A stretch of 56,618 bases of DNA from an uncultured Desulfovibrionaceae bacterium. Lineage in GTDB: Bacteria; Desulfobacterota; Desulfovibrionia; Desulfovibrionales; Desulfovibrionaceae. The first letter of the stretch is position 1, and the number at the start of each line of letters is the position of its first letter. A program made the translations under genes and the position numbers. The notes below the pieces were generated by a model. It made no database searches. It was not told the origin of the DNA and saw only the letters and a program-made list of their open reading frames with translations. This document shows, piece after piece, positions 8,794 through 18,628 of the stretch. The DNA lies in NCBI GenBank assembly GCA_964368805.1, contig CAYJDE010000001.1:1-56618 (forward strand). Reading direction: 5' to 3'.

Positions 8794-11700
8794 TTATCCT
8801 AAATTATCACCGCAATACGGACAGAAGGTTATGTCATCCATGGGGATGGGATGGGCACAAGCCTCGTTGGGGCACACTTTAGGCACAGGCCCAAGTTCCA
8901 CAATAAGTTCGCCTTCTACCACAGAAACCATTTGTTTACTTTCTTTATAGTCTGCTGTCTTAAGCACACGTAATACCATACCATCCATGGGAGCAAGCAC
9001 AGCTTTTTCTTGCTTCATAATAGAAACGTTAAACAGCTCTTCGCCTTTTTTCACCACGTCACCAGGGTGCACATACATGACCCACAAATCTCCATTGCTA
9101 GGTGCAGCAATATGTTGTGGATTATTAGGATCTGCCTTGGGCACACCCTTCACATTTTGCCCTGTGGCTTCCGTCACTTGCACATCGGCCACCATGATTT
9201 CAGAGTCAAGCACATAACGACACACAGAAGTGCCTGCCGCATTGGGCTCTGAGAAACTTAAAATCACAAGATGGTGCGGTTTTCCTCTGCTATCTTCAAA
9301 GTACAAATCTTGCCCTATTTTTAAGCCCTCAAACCATACATGCAATGGCAGATTATTAGGATCGCCATACTTTGCTTTAAATTGTATTGTTTTAATGGCA
9401 TCGCCAGGGTGATTTAAATACAGAGCAAACTCTTCATCAGTAGGCTTGCGGCGTATAATATCAATAAAGGCTTGTTCTTCGGCGGCAAGGTTTATGTCTT
9501 TTAACCGCTCAAGAGGCGATATCTCCACTCTTTCTGCTATGGCATTTTTCCAAGCATTGCCAAAGGCGCTTTCATAAACCCAGTCCGGAGGAAAGCCCAA
9601 AGGAAGTTTGCCAAATTTACCTAGAAGAAGATTGCGAAAAGCATCGTTACAATCTTGATAAATATTTAAGCGGGCTTCCTTCATTTCTGTGCTTAAATCT
9701 GCTTCATCATGGGTGGTTATTTCTTCAATAACTTGTAGCAAATAGCGTACTTCTTCTTCGCCACCACGTTTCCATGCACCGGTAACAGCCAAAAAGGCCG
9801 TATTCCATGTAATTTGAGAACCAGGCGTTACATCATGATAGCGCACAATTTTACGTGTACCGGCAAGGAATTTCAGCATATAGGGTAATAAATGAATATA
9901 TCCTTGTTTTACTGCGCCTTCTTGCGAAGAAGACGTAGCCCCACCAGGCATGGCGTGTTCTACCACATCATAGTCAATACCTAGGAAGTATGGGGAACAA
10001 TAGCGATCATAATAAGGCATGATTTGCTTGCACACAAAGTTGGCGTCACGGATGGCGTTTTTATTCAACTGAATATCAAGGCCCATTTCGCCTTCGATAT
10101 AAGCCGCCGTAGAAAGTACATCACCCTGCCCGTAAGAACGTACGGCAGAACCAAGCCCCACATCCAAAATATGCGCACCGGCTTTAGCAGCGGCACCACA
10201 AGCAGGCACAAAAAGCCCATCGGTATAGTGTCTGTGATAATGTAAAACAAGCTCTGGCCAACGTTTACGTAAAGCAGTTATAAGCTCGGTCATAAAGCGT
10301 GGCGGGCACACTCCGGCCATATCTTTCAAGCCAAGAATAATATTTCTGGAGGCCTCTTCCATGCTGGCCCCCATGGCACCGCCTACCATACGTAAAATGG
10401 CTTCGGTCACTTCCAAATAGTGCGGCACGTCAAAGCCTTTGGCCCAAGAAAGGGAAATGGCAGGCTGGAAGATAACTTCTTTACGTGACATAACCACTTC
10501 TGCCAAGGGAAGCATATTTTCCACATGGTTTAAGAAATCAAAACAACGAATAACTTGGTAATGATCGCAAATCATTTCACCAGTTAAACGCATAAGATTA
10601 CGTGGCTGTGGCGAGTAACCAAGCACATTGGTAGAACGCACCAAGATTTGCTTCATGGTTTTTGGCGCAAAAGAATTCCATTCCTTTGCTTCCGTAAAAG
10701 GATAGGTCATATTAGCCAACATGGCCACGTGAAAATGGGCTCCCCCACCGTTTTCTATGGAGAAATAGCCTGCATTATCTAAATAAGGCCCAATAAGTTT
10801 ATCTTCTGCCAAGCGAAAACGATTGCCGCTATTGGATTGTGTAAAATCTCGGGGTGTGGTGTCGGTAAAGTGCACACGTTTACTATCACGCACATATTCT
10901 AAAAGAGCCTTTCTATCTCCACGAGGATACGAAGAAGGCGTGCGGCGATCTGCTGCTAAAATGGGCGGAAGCACAGGCTCAAATTCTGGTAAGCGCGGCG
11001 TGTCTATGCTGCGATATTCCCCTAATTGCACGTGCGGATTAAAGCCCTTGGCGGAAATTTCTGCCACCAAATTGGCTAAACGCTCGCCTTCGGGGGCCAT
11101 GTCTGTGTAGCACATCAATTCCGGCGTTTGTTCAATGAAATTGGTATCAAAATTAGCCTGACGGAACAAAGGATGCTTTAAGATTTGCTTAAAGAAGGGA
11201 ATAGTGGTTTTGATACCGCCAATGATATATTCCCCAAGAGCCCTTTCCATAATGCTGACAGTTTTATCCCAATCACGGGCATAAGTAATGAGCAAAGCCC
11301 CTGCCGAATCATAGTTGGGCGGAAAATCGTAACCTGCCGACATATTTGAGTCTAAGCGCACACCCGGACCACCAGGAGACACATAGCGTGTCACATGACC
11401 AGAGTTGGGATTAAACTGATTTTGCGGGTCTTCACAATTGATACGTACTTGCATGGCAAAATGCATGGGCGGCGTTGTATCTTGCCCAAGACGCAACTTA
11501 GCCCCAAAGGCAATGGCAATTTGCTCTTCCACTAAATCCACACCATAACGACACTCGGTGATACCGTGCTCTACTTGCAAACGTGTATTTACCTCAATAA
11601 GGTAGGCAGTACCGTCAGGTTCTACCAAAAACTCCACGGTTGCAAGGGAATGGAAGCCCACTTCACGAATAAGATGGGCTGCATAACTTTTTAAGGTTTC

Positions 11701-12522
11701 ACGCAGTTCTGGCGTAAGGCCCTTCCAAGGCGATGGTGTAATTTCAATAAGTTTTTGGTGATTACGTTGTACGGTACAATCACGCTCATCAAAAGCAAAA
11801 ACATTACCATACTTATCAGAAATAACTTGAATTTCAATGTGGCGAACATTGGAAAGGTATTTTTCCACAAAAAGACGTGGATTACCAAAAGAAGCTTGTG
11901 CCATGGCGGAAGCTTTAAAGAAGGCGTCTTCCAAATCTGCCTCATTAAAAATGGCAAAAATACCACGACCGCCACCGCCGCCTTCGGCCTTAAGCATAAT
12001 GGGTAAGCCCATATTTTTAATGAGCTCTCGAGCTGTAGGAATATCCACAGCCCCTTCAGAACCGGGTACCACGGGAATGCCTAATTTCTGGGCAATTTCA
12101 CGAGCCTGCACTTTATTGCCAAGACTGTTCATAGCCTCTGCAGTAGCCCCGATAAAGGTGATGCCAGCCTCTGCACACTTTTTGGGGAAAAGAGCATCTT
12201 CAGAAGCAAAGCCCCAGCCAGGATGAATACCTACAATACCACGACTTTTGGCAAGAGAAATAATTCTGTCAATATCTAAATATGCACGTGGGTCTTTACC
12301 AAGCAATAAAAGTTCTTGCGCCGTAGAGGCAGCAGGTGCTGTTTTGTCCACATCAGTAGCAGTCATAACAGCTGTGGCATCAAAACGTTCTCGAATGGAA
12401 CGACAAATACGACGGCCGGGGATACCGCGGTTGGCCACTAATATGGCTTTACCACGTAAAAATTCTTGGACTTCTTCAAAACTTCTTATTTCCTGAGTAC
12501 TCATACGGTGTAATCCTTCCAT
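8794..12522 (-). CDS. pyc: Pyruvate carboxylase (single-chain BC-CT-BCCP) with a C-terminal Cys4 tail
   Basis: Biotin carboxylase N-terminus KAILVANRGIPGRRICRSI, ATP-grasp region, carboxyltransferase TIM barrel, and biotinyl motif SIMKQE. ATG 12522 overlaps the birA stop (TAATG). An alternative ATG at 12504 has GGAAGGA upstream. Confidence 0.92.
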   Translation of the reverse strand: MEGLHRMSTQEIRSFEEVQEFLRGKAILVANRGIPGRRICRSIRERFDATAVMTATDVDKTAPAASTAQELLLLGKDPRAYLDIDRIISLAKSRGIVGIHPGWGFASEDALFPKKCAEAGITFIGATAEAMNSLGNKVQAREIAQKLGIPVVPGSEGAVDIPTARELIKNMGLPIMLKAEGGGGGRGIFAIFNEADLEDAFFKASAMAQASFGNPRLFVEKYLSNVRHIEIQVISDKYGNVFAFDERDCTVQRNHQKLIEITPSPWKGLTPELRETLKSYAAHLIREVGFHSLATVEFLVEPDGTAYLIEVNTRLQVEHGITECRYGVDLVEEQIAIAFGAKLRLGQDTTPPMHFAMQVRINCEDPQNQFNPNSGHVTRYVSPGGPGVRLDSNMSAGYDFPPNYDSAGALLITYARDWDKTVSIMERALGEYIIGGIKTTIPFFKQILKHPLFRQANFDTNFIEQTPELMCYTDMAPEGERLANLVAEISAKGFNPHVQLGEYRSIDTPRLPEFEPVLPPILAADRRTPSSYPRGDRKALLEYVRDSKRVHFTDTTPRDFTQSNSGNRFRLAEDKLIGPYLDNAGYFSIENGGGAHFHVAMLANMTYPFTEAKEWNSFAPKTMKQILVRSTNVLGYSPQPRNLMRLTGEMICDHYQVIRCFDFLNHVENMLPLAEVVMSRKEVIFQPAISLSWAKGFDVPHYLEVTEAILRMVGGAMGASMEEASRNIILGLKDMAGVCPPRFMTELITALRKRWPELVLHYHRHYTDGLFVPACGAAAKAGAHILDVGLGSAVRSYGQGDVLSTAAYIEGEMGLDIQLNKNAIRDANFVCKQIMPYYDRYCSPYFLGIDYDVVEHAMPGGATSSSQEGAVKQGYIHLLPYMLKFLAGTRKIVRYHDVTPGSQITWNTAFLAVTGAWKRGGEEEVRYLLQVIEEITTHDEADLSTEMKEARLNIYQDCNDAFRNLLLGKFGKLPLGFPPDWVYESAFGNAWKNAIAERVEISPLERLKDINLAAEEQAFIDIIRRKPTDEEFALYLNHPGDAIKTIQFKAKYGDPNNLPLHVWFEGLKIGQDLYFEDSRGKPHHLVILSFSEPNAAGTSVCRYVLDSEIMVADVQVTEATGQNVKGVPKADPNNPQHIAAPSNGDLWVMYVHPGDVVKKGEELFNVSIMKQEKAVLAPMDGMVLRVLKTADYKESKQMVSVVEGELIVELGPVPKVCPNEACAHPIPMDDITFCPYCGDNLG

Positions 12523-13391
12523 TACCTTTCGCCTTCTTGTACAAGACGAAGACTTCCACTAGTATATAATTGTAATTGGCCCTGACGCTCGATACGTATT
12601 TCGCCTAATTTTCCAAGACCTTGCAAAATACCACGTATTTTTTCATGGCCATCATCCAGTTCAATATACTGCCCTTTCCACAACAAAAGCTGTTCGGCAT
12701 CATCCTTCCAGCTCATGTCCGTGGGCAATTTTTTCTTGTACCAAAAATACAGCCCACTTACAAGATGCAACCACAAACATTCCGCCGTTGGATTTTCATG
12801 AGAAAAACAACTGTTATTTTCAATAGTTATACAGCTTTTTCCCATATCAAATGCCCCTAAACACCCTGCAGGTAGAGCATGATTTTCTCGTAAAATATTT
12901 GCACAAGGCGCTTCTACCACATTAAGGCCTATACCAGCCATAAGTACCCCTTGTCTTTCTTCCAGTAAAATGCCCCCTACCTTTAATGCAGTATGTGCAG
13001 ATGTCCCCTGCAGCACTAAATCATTGGGCCATTTTATACGCAAAAAATATCCCACACTTTGTAAAGCTTGCGCCAAAAAAACCGATAAGGCCGGTGCTGC
13101 TGCCGTGGTTAAAAAAGGCCCTTCGAGGGGAAGACGTAAGGCTGCATAAACATTGCCCACAGGCGAATGCCACAAACGGCGTGTTTGCCCTCGCCCTTGA
13201 TTTTGACTTAGTGCCAAGGCCGAGGCCCAAATGGGAAAAATATCTTCAGCTACCAAGGCCCAAGCCTCGTCCAAAACAGAACCTACATGGCCAAAAGTAA
13301 ACACAGGCCCTGGCAGTTCTTGCCCTTGCCACACATTTTCCTTATGAAAAAAGCTTTTTTTTTCTGTATAAATATGCAACACTTGCTCCAT
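12522..13391 (-). CDS. birA: Biotin--[acetyl-CoA-carboxylase] ligase, group I (no HTH domain)
   Basis: GRGQTRRLWHSPVGNVYAAL matches the BirA GRGRxGRxW biotin-binding loop, and the gene is adjacent to pyc. The start is uncertain: ATG 13391 overlaps the cca ATG on the other strand, while GTG 13334 has AAGGA upstream. Confidence 0.85.
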   Translation of the reverse strand: MEQVLHIYTEKKSFFHKENVWQGQELPGPVFTFGHVGSVLDEAWALVAEDIFPIWASALALSQNQGRGQTRRLWHSPVGNVYAALRLPLEGPFLTTAAAPALSVFLAQALQSVGYFLRIKWPNDLVLQGTSAHTALKVGGILLEERQGVLMAGIGLNVVEAPCANILRENHALPAGCLGAFDMGKSCITIENNSCFSHENPTAECLWLHLVSGLYFWYKKKLPTDMSWKDDAEQLLLWKGQYIELDDGHEKIRGILQGLGKLGEIRIERQGQLQLYTSGSLRLVQEGER

Positions 13392-14592
13392 GAAATATTA
13401 TATTGTTGGTGGTGCAGTACGTGACTTACTTATGGGGCGTATGCCTCACGATGCCGACATGGCTTTTGAAGGTACTGTAGAAGATTTTTTGACCGCTTTT
13501 CCCACAGCACAAAAGGTGGGGAAAACAGTACATGTATATTTGGTGGACGGCACAGAATATATGCCTCTCCATGCCAATTCCCTTACTGCAGACCTTTTAC
13601 ATCGAGACCTTACCATCAATGCCCTAGCCCTAGAGGCCTGTGGCTGTATACATGCACATCCCTTAGCTTTTTTTGATATTCGTCATAAAATTTTACGCCC
13701 TACCTCAGCCAAGGCTTTTTTTCACGACCCTACCCGCATCTATCGTCTTGCCCGCTTTGCCAGTACCTTTTCCCATTTTTCTGTACACGAAGAGGCCATA
13801 CGCCAAGCATACGCTGTGGTCAAGATGCAAGCACATGCACATCTTCCTGCTGAAAGAGTGGGACGAGAGTTTTTTAAAGCTCTTTTTACTGAAAAGCCTT
13901 CCCTATTTTTACAAATTTTAAAAAAATATCATGCTCTTGAACCTTGGTTTCAAGAATGCCAAACACTAGATTCCGAAGCATTTTGGAAACTTGGTCAATG
14001 TATGGATGCAATAGAAAGTGCTGAAGTTTTGCAAAGTACTGCCTTGCAAAATAAGTCTGGACAAAATATCGATGCGCAAAGTGAGCATGAGCAAAGTAAG
14101 GAAAAAAAACATGAAAAGGGACAAAATAAGCAAGGGCACTGTGCGTATTGGCAAAAAAAAATGCCCTCAGTAAAAGACATTGGTCTGTTGCGTTTTATGC
14201 TTTGGGGACATTTCTTTCCCCCATCTAGCTCTTTGAAAAAACATCCCCTTTATCAATTGGTAAATCGCTTACATTTACCTTTACATTTTGCCAAAGCTGC
14301 GTTTTTTTTAAGTACGCATTGCCATCAAGCTAAAAATCTAGCACAGATTGCCTTACCCGCACAGATTGCTATACTGCATCAAGCCCATGTCCTTGGCATT
14401 AGCCACAATTTTTGGCAAGCCATAGCCTTTCTCTACAATGTACCGCACACACAACGTTACGCTCAGCACGCTTTAGCTTGCATACAAAAGGTACATTTAC
14501 CGGAAGAATGGTGTAATAAAGGAGAATTTTCTGGAAAAAAACTTTTGGAAATGCAATGCGCTGCCTTGCAAAAAACGTTTAGGAAACGCTGA
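13390..14592 (+). CDS. cca: tRNA nucleotidyltransferase (CCA-adding enzyme) / poly(A) polymerase family protein
   Basis: MKYYIVGGAVRDLLMGRMPHDADMAF and RDLTINALA are head-domain motifs. The C-terminal half is divergent and carries a K/E/Q-rich low-complexity insert. Confidence 0.8.
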   Translation: MKYYIVGGAVRDLLMGRMPHDADMAFEGTVEDFLTAFPTAQKVGKTVHVYLVDGTEYMPLHANSLTADLLHRDLTINALALEACGCIHAHPLAFFDIRHKILRPTSAKAFFHDPTRIYRLARFASTFSHFSVHEEAIRQAYAVVKMQAHAHLPAERVGREFFKALFTEKPSLFLQILKKYHALEPWFQECQTLDSEAFWKLGQCMDAIESAEVLQSTALQNKSGQNIDAQSEHEQSKEKKHEKGQNKQGHCAYWQKKMPSVKDIGLLRFMLWGHFFPPSSSLKKHPLYQLVNRLHLPLHFAKAAFFLSTHCHQAKNLAQIALPAQIAILHQAHVLGISHNFWQAIAFLYNVPHTQRYAQHALACIQKVHLPEEWCNKGEFSGKKLLEMQCAALQKTFRKR

Positions 14593-15075
14593 TTACATAC
14601 CTTTACGCTCTAAAAACTCCCTGCCCCTGTCTTCCATTTCAGCACAAAGGGCAAACATTTCCTCACCATGATCGTACCCTAAAATATGTCCAAGGCCATG
14701 AGCAAGGAGGCGTAGCGTATGCGCAAGCAGCTCTTGCCCATACAGTAGACATTCTCTGTGCAAAGTATCCACAGAAAGGACTAAAATATCCGCATGTTCT
14801 TGCGCTTCATACCACAGCAAAGGCACATCTTCCCCATTGCCTGTCATGGGCAATGCGGGAAAGGACAAAACATTAGTGGGACCCATACATTGCATATGTA
14901 AAGCATTAAGTGCCATAATATGTGCATCACGCACTATGTGTAAGGTAAGCGTATGCTCTTTTGCATTCCACATCTCCACATACGGTGCAAGCATGTGTGA
15001 AAGCAATGCTTGGCACACAGTACTTGGCAAAGGAGATAGCCATGCCACCTCATTGGAGATTGCAATTTTTACCAT
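14593..15075 (-). CDS. ybeY: Endoribonuclease YbeY (rRNA maturation factor)
   Basis: HGLGHILGYDH zinc motif (HxxxHxxGxDH). ATG 15075 lies 4 nt after the stop of the upstream 7TM-HD gene. The ORF-track start at 15138 would overlap that gene. Confidence 0.88.
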   Translation of the reverse strand: MVKIAISNEVAWLSPLPSTVCQALLSHMLAPYVEMWNAKEHTLTLHIVRDAHIMALNALHMQCMGPTNVLSFPALPMTGNGEDVPLLWYEAQEHADILVLSVDTLHRECLLYGQELLAHTLRLLAHGLGHILGYDHGEEMFALCAEMEDRGREFLERKGM

Positions 15076-15079
15076 ACTA

Positions 15080-17440
15080 CTATTTGCTAATGACCTTGTC
15101 TTGTTTATTATTTCCAACACAACCATCATTGGTACCATAAGGGTTCATGCTTAATGTACAGAGCTTTTCCCCTTCCGAAGAAGGCTTTTCTTTACCATTG
15201 AGCTTTTTTTCTTCTACTTTAGGCGTGGTACTTTCTTTTGCTGGTTCTTTTGTATTTCCTGCAGGATAGGCAATACGTTGATGGAAAATACCTGTAAGAA
15301 TACGTAAGAATTGTTCACTAATTTTATGCAAATCTTTGAAAGTTAAGGCCGATTCGTCCAATTGCCCTTCAGAGAAAATGCCCTTTACAATCTTATCAAT
15401 ATGGGTTTTAAGGCGTGCAGGTGTGGGCTCTGTCAAAGTACGACTTGAAGCCTCCACAGAGTCTGCCAGCATCAGGATGGCCGCTTCCTTGGTTTGCGGT
15501 CTTGGGCCCGCATAACAATAATCAGATTCACGCACATTTTCGCCCATATTTAAAGCTTTATGATAAAAATAGCTGATTAATCGTGTACCATGATGCTGTG
15601 CAATAAGTGCGGTAATTTCTTCACCAAGCTTATGACTTTCAGCCAGTTCAGCCCCTTTTTTCACATGTGATGTTAAAATAAGGGCAGACATGGAAGGTGC
15701 CAATTTATCATGCTTATTACGCCCACCAAATTGATTTTCAATAAAATAATCAGGATGACTTAATTTACCCACATCATGGTATAAAGCCCCCACCTTACAC
15801 AGTAAAGAATTGGCACCAATGGCCTTAGCCGCCGCTTCCACCATATTGGCCACCACCAAGGAGTGATGATAGGTTCCCGGCATACTCACCATCATATCTT
15901 GCATGAGGGGATGTTCTAAGCTCATAAACTCCATAAGCCTAAAGCGGGTGGTATAAGAAAAAAGCATTTCCAATATGGGGCTAAAGGCAAAAAGAATAAG
16001 TACTGAAACAATGCTATTGCAAACAACAGCCACTATTTGTGGCAAATATTGCCCTAAAGGACTTTGATTCATCAAGCTTACGGCAAGCCAGAAAAACACT
16101 TGCATCATGCTTAGTGGTAAAATACTCCACACCACGTCCTGACGGCTTTGCGTTCTGGTCACAAGTAAGGTTGCCACCATACCCCCAAGGAAATAGTAGA
16201 AAAATAAGGCTATATCTCCTTTAAACATAATGGTAGTAAAAAGTGCCAAAAGCAAACCAATGGTACAATAGCGACGTGCGGCAAACACCATGGCCACAAT
16301 GCCTACTAATCCGGCCACAGGAAAAGCATACGCAAGTAAAGGAACATTGGAGGAATCGCCACTATCTGCGGCAAGAATATAGGCGAGTTTTGCTGCAAGT
16401 GTGGCGCCCACCAACAAGAAAGCTATGAATAAAAAGTCTTTATTGCGCAAGGATGTTCCTGTTTTACCGCTAGGAGCCATCACAAGGCCAAGGCTGATAA
16501 GAAAACTTAAAATGAAAAGCCCTAAAGAATAGCGTATTTGAAGAATATCGTCCCCTGATTCATACAAGGATTGTAACTTTGTTTGCTGTTCTCTGGTAAC
16601 CATATCCCCTTTACGTACAATGACTTCGCCACGATGTATGCTGTAAAATATGGGGTCCACCTCTTGCGCCACAGCCTTAGATCTTTCTTCAGTCAGGGCT
16701 CTATTTAGGGAAAGAGAGGATGGCATAAAAGCAGAAAGCAAGATAATTAAAGCACGTTTTTCCAGTTCATCAAGGCTGGTATCTGCACGAATAACACCAC
16801 TTAATTGTACCAAGGACGATTGAACATCGGGTAAAGATTCATGGCGAAAGCTTTCTTCTCCTGTTTCTACGGTACGAATAAACACACCGGCTTCGCCTAT
16901 GCGCCCAGCACGTACATCGCTGACAAGTCCGCCATTAAGCGCACTACGCACTGCAGGAAAAAGATGCGTATCAAGATATTTTTGTAAAGCAGGGCTAGCC
17001 AATTGCTCTAACACTTCTTCGGCAATTTCTGGTGTTAAAGCATTTTCTAAATCTTTAATGGCCACATATTCTGTGCCCAAATTCAAGCCGTTAACTTCAC
17101 TAAGTATCGCTACAATTTTATTATAAAAATCTTCATAAGCAGATAAGGATAAATCATAGACCAGCGGTTGGGCATTGCGCAATTGCTCACGCCTAGCATT
17201 AGTTGCTTGAATATCTTCCACAAGCAGTTCTCGATTGGCCACTACATCAGCATCAGCCACCGTACCCACCATAAAAATCTTGGGCGCATAGTCAAAGTTT
17301 ATACCAGAAAACAACGACAAAAATAGCAAAGAAGCAAGCATAACAACAAGACCATAGCCCCATTCATGCTGCTTACGTAAAGAACTTACCAAAACTCGTA
17401 GAGAGTTTTCACTACTTTTTTTCTTCTTGATAACTGTCAT
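15080..17440 (-). CDS. 7TM-receptor / HD(HDIG)-domain membrane phosphohydrolase (YqfF/PgpH family)
   Basis: Large extracytoplasmic N-domain, 7 TM helices, and an HD domain (HHSLVVANMVEAAA...ALYHDVGK). Conserved phoH/7TM-HD/ybeY order. ATG 17440 (MTVIKKKK) is the chosen start and overlaps the phoH end by ~29 nt. Confidence 0.85.
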   Translation of the reverse strand: MTVIKKKKSSENSLRVLVSSLRKQHEWGYGLVVMLASLLFLSLFSGINFDYAPKIFMVGTVADADVVANRELLVEDIQATNARREQLRNAQPLVYDLSLSAYEDFYNKIVAILSEVNGLNLGTEYVAIKDLENALTPEIAEEVLEQLASPALQKYLDTHLFPAVRSALNGGLVSDVRAGRIGEAGVFIRTVETGEESFRHESLPDVQSSLVQLSGVIRADTSLDELEKRALIILLSAFMPSSLSLNRALTEERSKAVAQEVDPIFYSIHRGEVIVRKGDMVTREQQTKLQSLYESGDDILQIRYSLGLFILSFLISLGLVMAPSGKTGTSLRNKDFLFIAFLLVGATLAAKLAYILAADSGDSSNVPLLAYAFPVAGLVGIVAMVFAARRYCTIGLLLALFTTIMFKGDIALFFYYFLGGMVATLLVTRTQSRQDVVWSILPLSMMQVFFWLAVSLMNQSPLGQYLPQIVAVVCNSIVSVLILFAFSPILEMLFSYTTRFRLMEFMSLEHPLMQDMMVSMPGTYHHSLVVANMVEAAAKAIGANSLLCKVGALYHDVGKLSHPDYFIENQFGGRNKHDKLAPSMSALILTSHVKKGAELAESHKLGEEITALIAQHHGTRLISYFYHKALNMGENVRESDYCYAGPRPQTKEAAILMLADSVEASSRTLTEPTPARLKTHIDKIVKGIFSEGQLDESALTFKDLHKISEQFLRILTGIFHQRIAYPAGNTKEPAKESTTPKVEEKKLNGKEKPSSEGEKLCTLSMNPYGTNDGCVGNNKQDKVISK

Positions 17441-18410
17441 AGGCTGCCACAATGGCGCTAACAAGATTATGTCGCACCACATCTTTTGCTGAAAAGGTAT
17501 GAAATGCAATACCTTTCACATTTTTTAATACGGAAACTGCCTGCACAAGGCCAGAACGTGACTCTGGCCCACCATCACCCCAATGTGGGGGTAAATCTAT
17601 TTGTGTGGTATCCCCTGTAATAACGGCCCTTGAACCAAAACCAAGGCGCGTTAAAAACATTTTCATCTGTTCCGGAGTAGTATTTTGCGCTTCATCCAAA
17701 ATAATAAAAGCATCATTGAGTGTACGTCCACGCATGAAGGCCAAAGGTGCCACTTCAATAATGTTGGTTTCCAACATGGAAACCACTTTGGGCTGTGGCA
17801 ACATTTCATAAAGAGCATCGTATAAAGGGCGCAAATAGGGGTTCACTTTTTCTGCTAAATCCCCCGGTAAAAAGCCAAGTCTCTCCCCTGCTTCCACAGC
17901 AGGGCGTGTTAGAATAATCTTCTTCACCCTTTGTTGAAAAAGCATGGAGAGTGCCATGGCCACAGCAAGATAGGTTTTGCCTGTTCCGGCAGGCCCCAAA
18001 GAAAACACCACTTCTTTAGAAATGAGTGCTTCATAGTACGCTTTTTGCGCAAGATTTTTTGCAATGATGGTTTTGCGTGGTGCTGCCACAAAAACAGTAT
18101 CTTTGTACACACGGCTTAAAGATAGCTGTGGCTGCTTTTCAAGCATAGAATAAGCTGAGATGACATCATGATGATCTAAGACCTTTCCCTCTTGCACATG
18201 CTTATAGAGCTGCACAAAAAGATTACAAAGTCTTTGCAGGACATGCTGGTCGGATGTTTTTACCGTAACACTTGCTCCGCGCGAACAAATATGCGCCCCA
18301 CTCACTTTTTCCAGCGTTTCAAGATGCACATTGTGTGGACCAAAAAGCGCATTGGCTAAGCTTGGGTCATCAAAGGCTACGGTTTCGCATAGCGCAATAG
18401 TATCTACCAT
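17412..18410 (-). CDS. phoH: PhoH-like ATPase
   Basis: Walker A GPAGTGKTYLAVAMA, IILDEAQN, and typical PhoH length (332 aa). Confidence 0.9.
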   Translation of the reverse strand: MVDTIALCETVAFDDPSLANALFGPHNVHLETLEKVSGAHICSRGASVTVKTSDQHVLQRLCNLFVQLYKHVQEGKVLDHHDVISAYSMLEKQPQLSLSRVYKDTVFVAAPRKTIIAKNLAQKAYYEALISKEVVFSLGPAGTGKTYLAVAMALSMLFQQRVKKIILTRPAVEAGERLGFLPGDLAEKVNPYLRPLYDALYEMLPQPKVVSMLETNIIEVAPLAFMRGRTLNDAFIILDEAQNTTPEQMKMFLTRLGFGSRAVITGDTTQIDLPPHWGDGGPESRSGLVQAVSVLKNVKGIAFHTFSAKDVVRHNLVSAIVAAYDSYQEEKK

Positions 18411-18477
18411 GTTTTGCTTCTACCCCTTTTTTCTAGACCTGTCTATTTTTTTCTCAATACTGCTGTAGATGTTTTTT

Positions 18478-18493
18478 TGGCATCCCTTTTGCA
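18478..18493 (+). promoter_or_regulatory. Sigma-54 (RpoN) -24/-12 promoter
   Basis: TGGCAT-CCCTT-TTGCA matches the consensus TGGCAC-N5-TTGCA in 15 of 16 defined or spacing positions. It lies ~135 nt upstream of ATG 18629 on the same strand. Confidence 0.7.
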
Positions 18494-18628
18494 TAAAACA
18501 AAGTAAAATACAAAGCATGCAGACAAGGTAATGTTATTATCTAATTGTAATTATAAAGATATTAAAATTTCATCTGCATATAGATAGGAAAAAAATATCC
18601 TCATACTCTCCAAACAAAGGGGACAATT

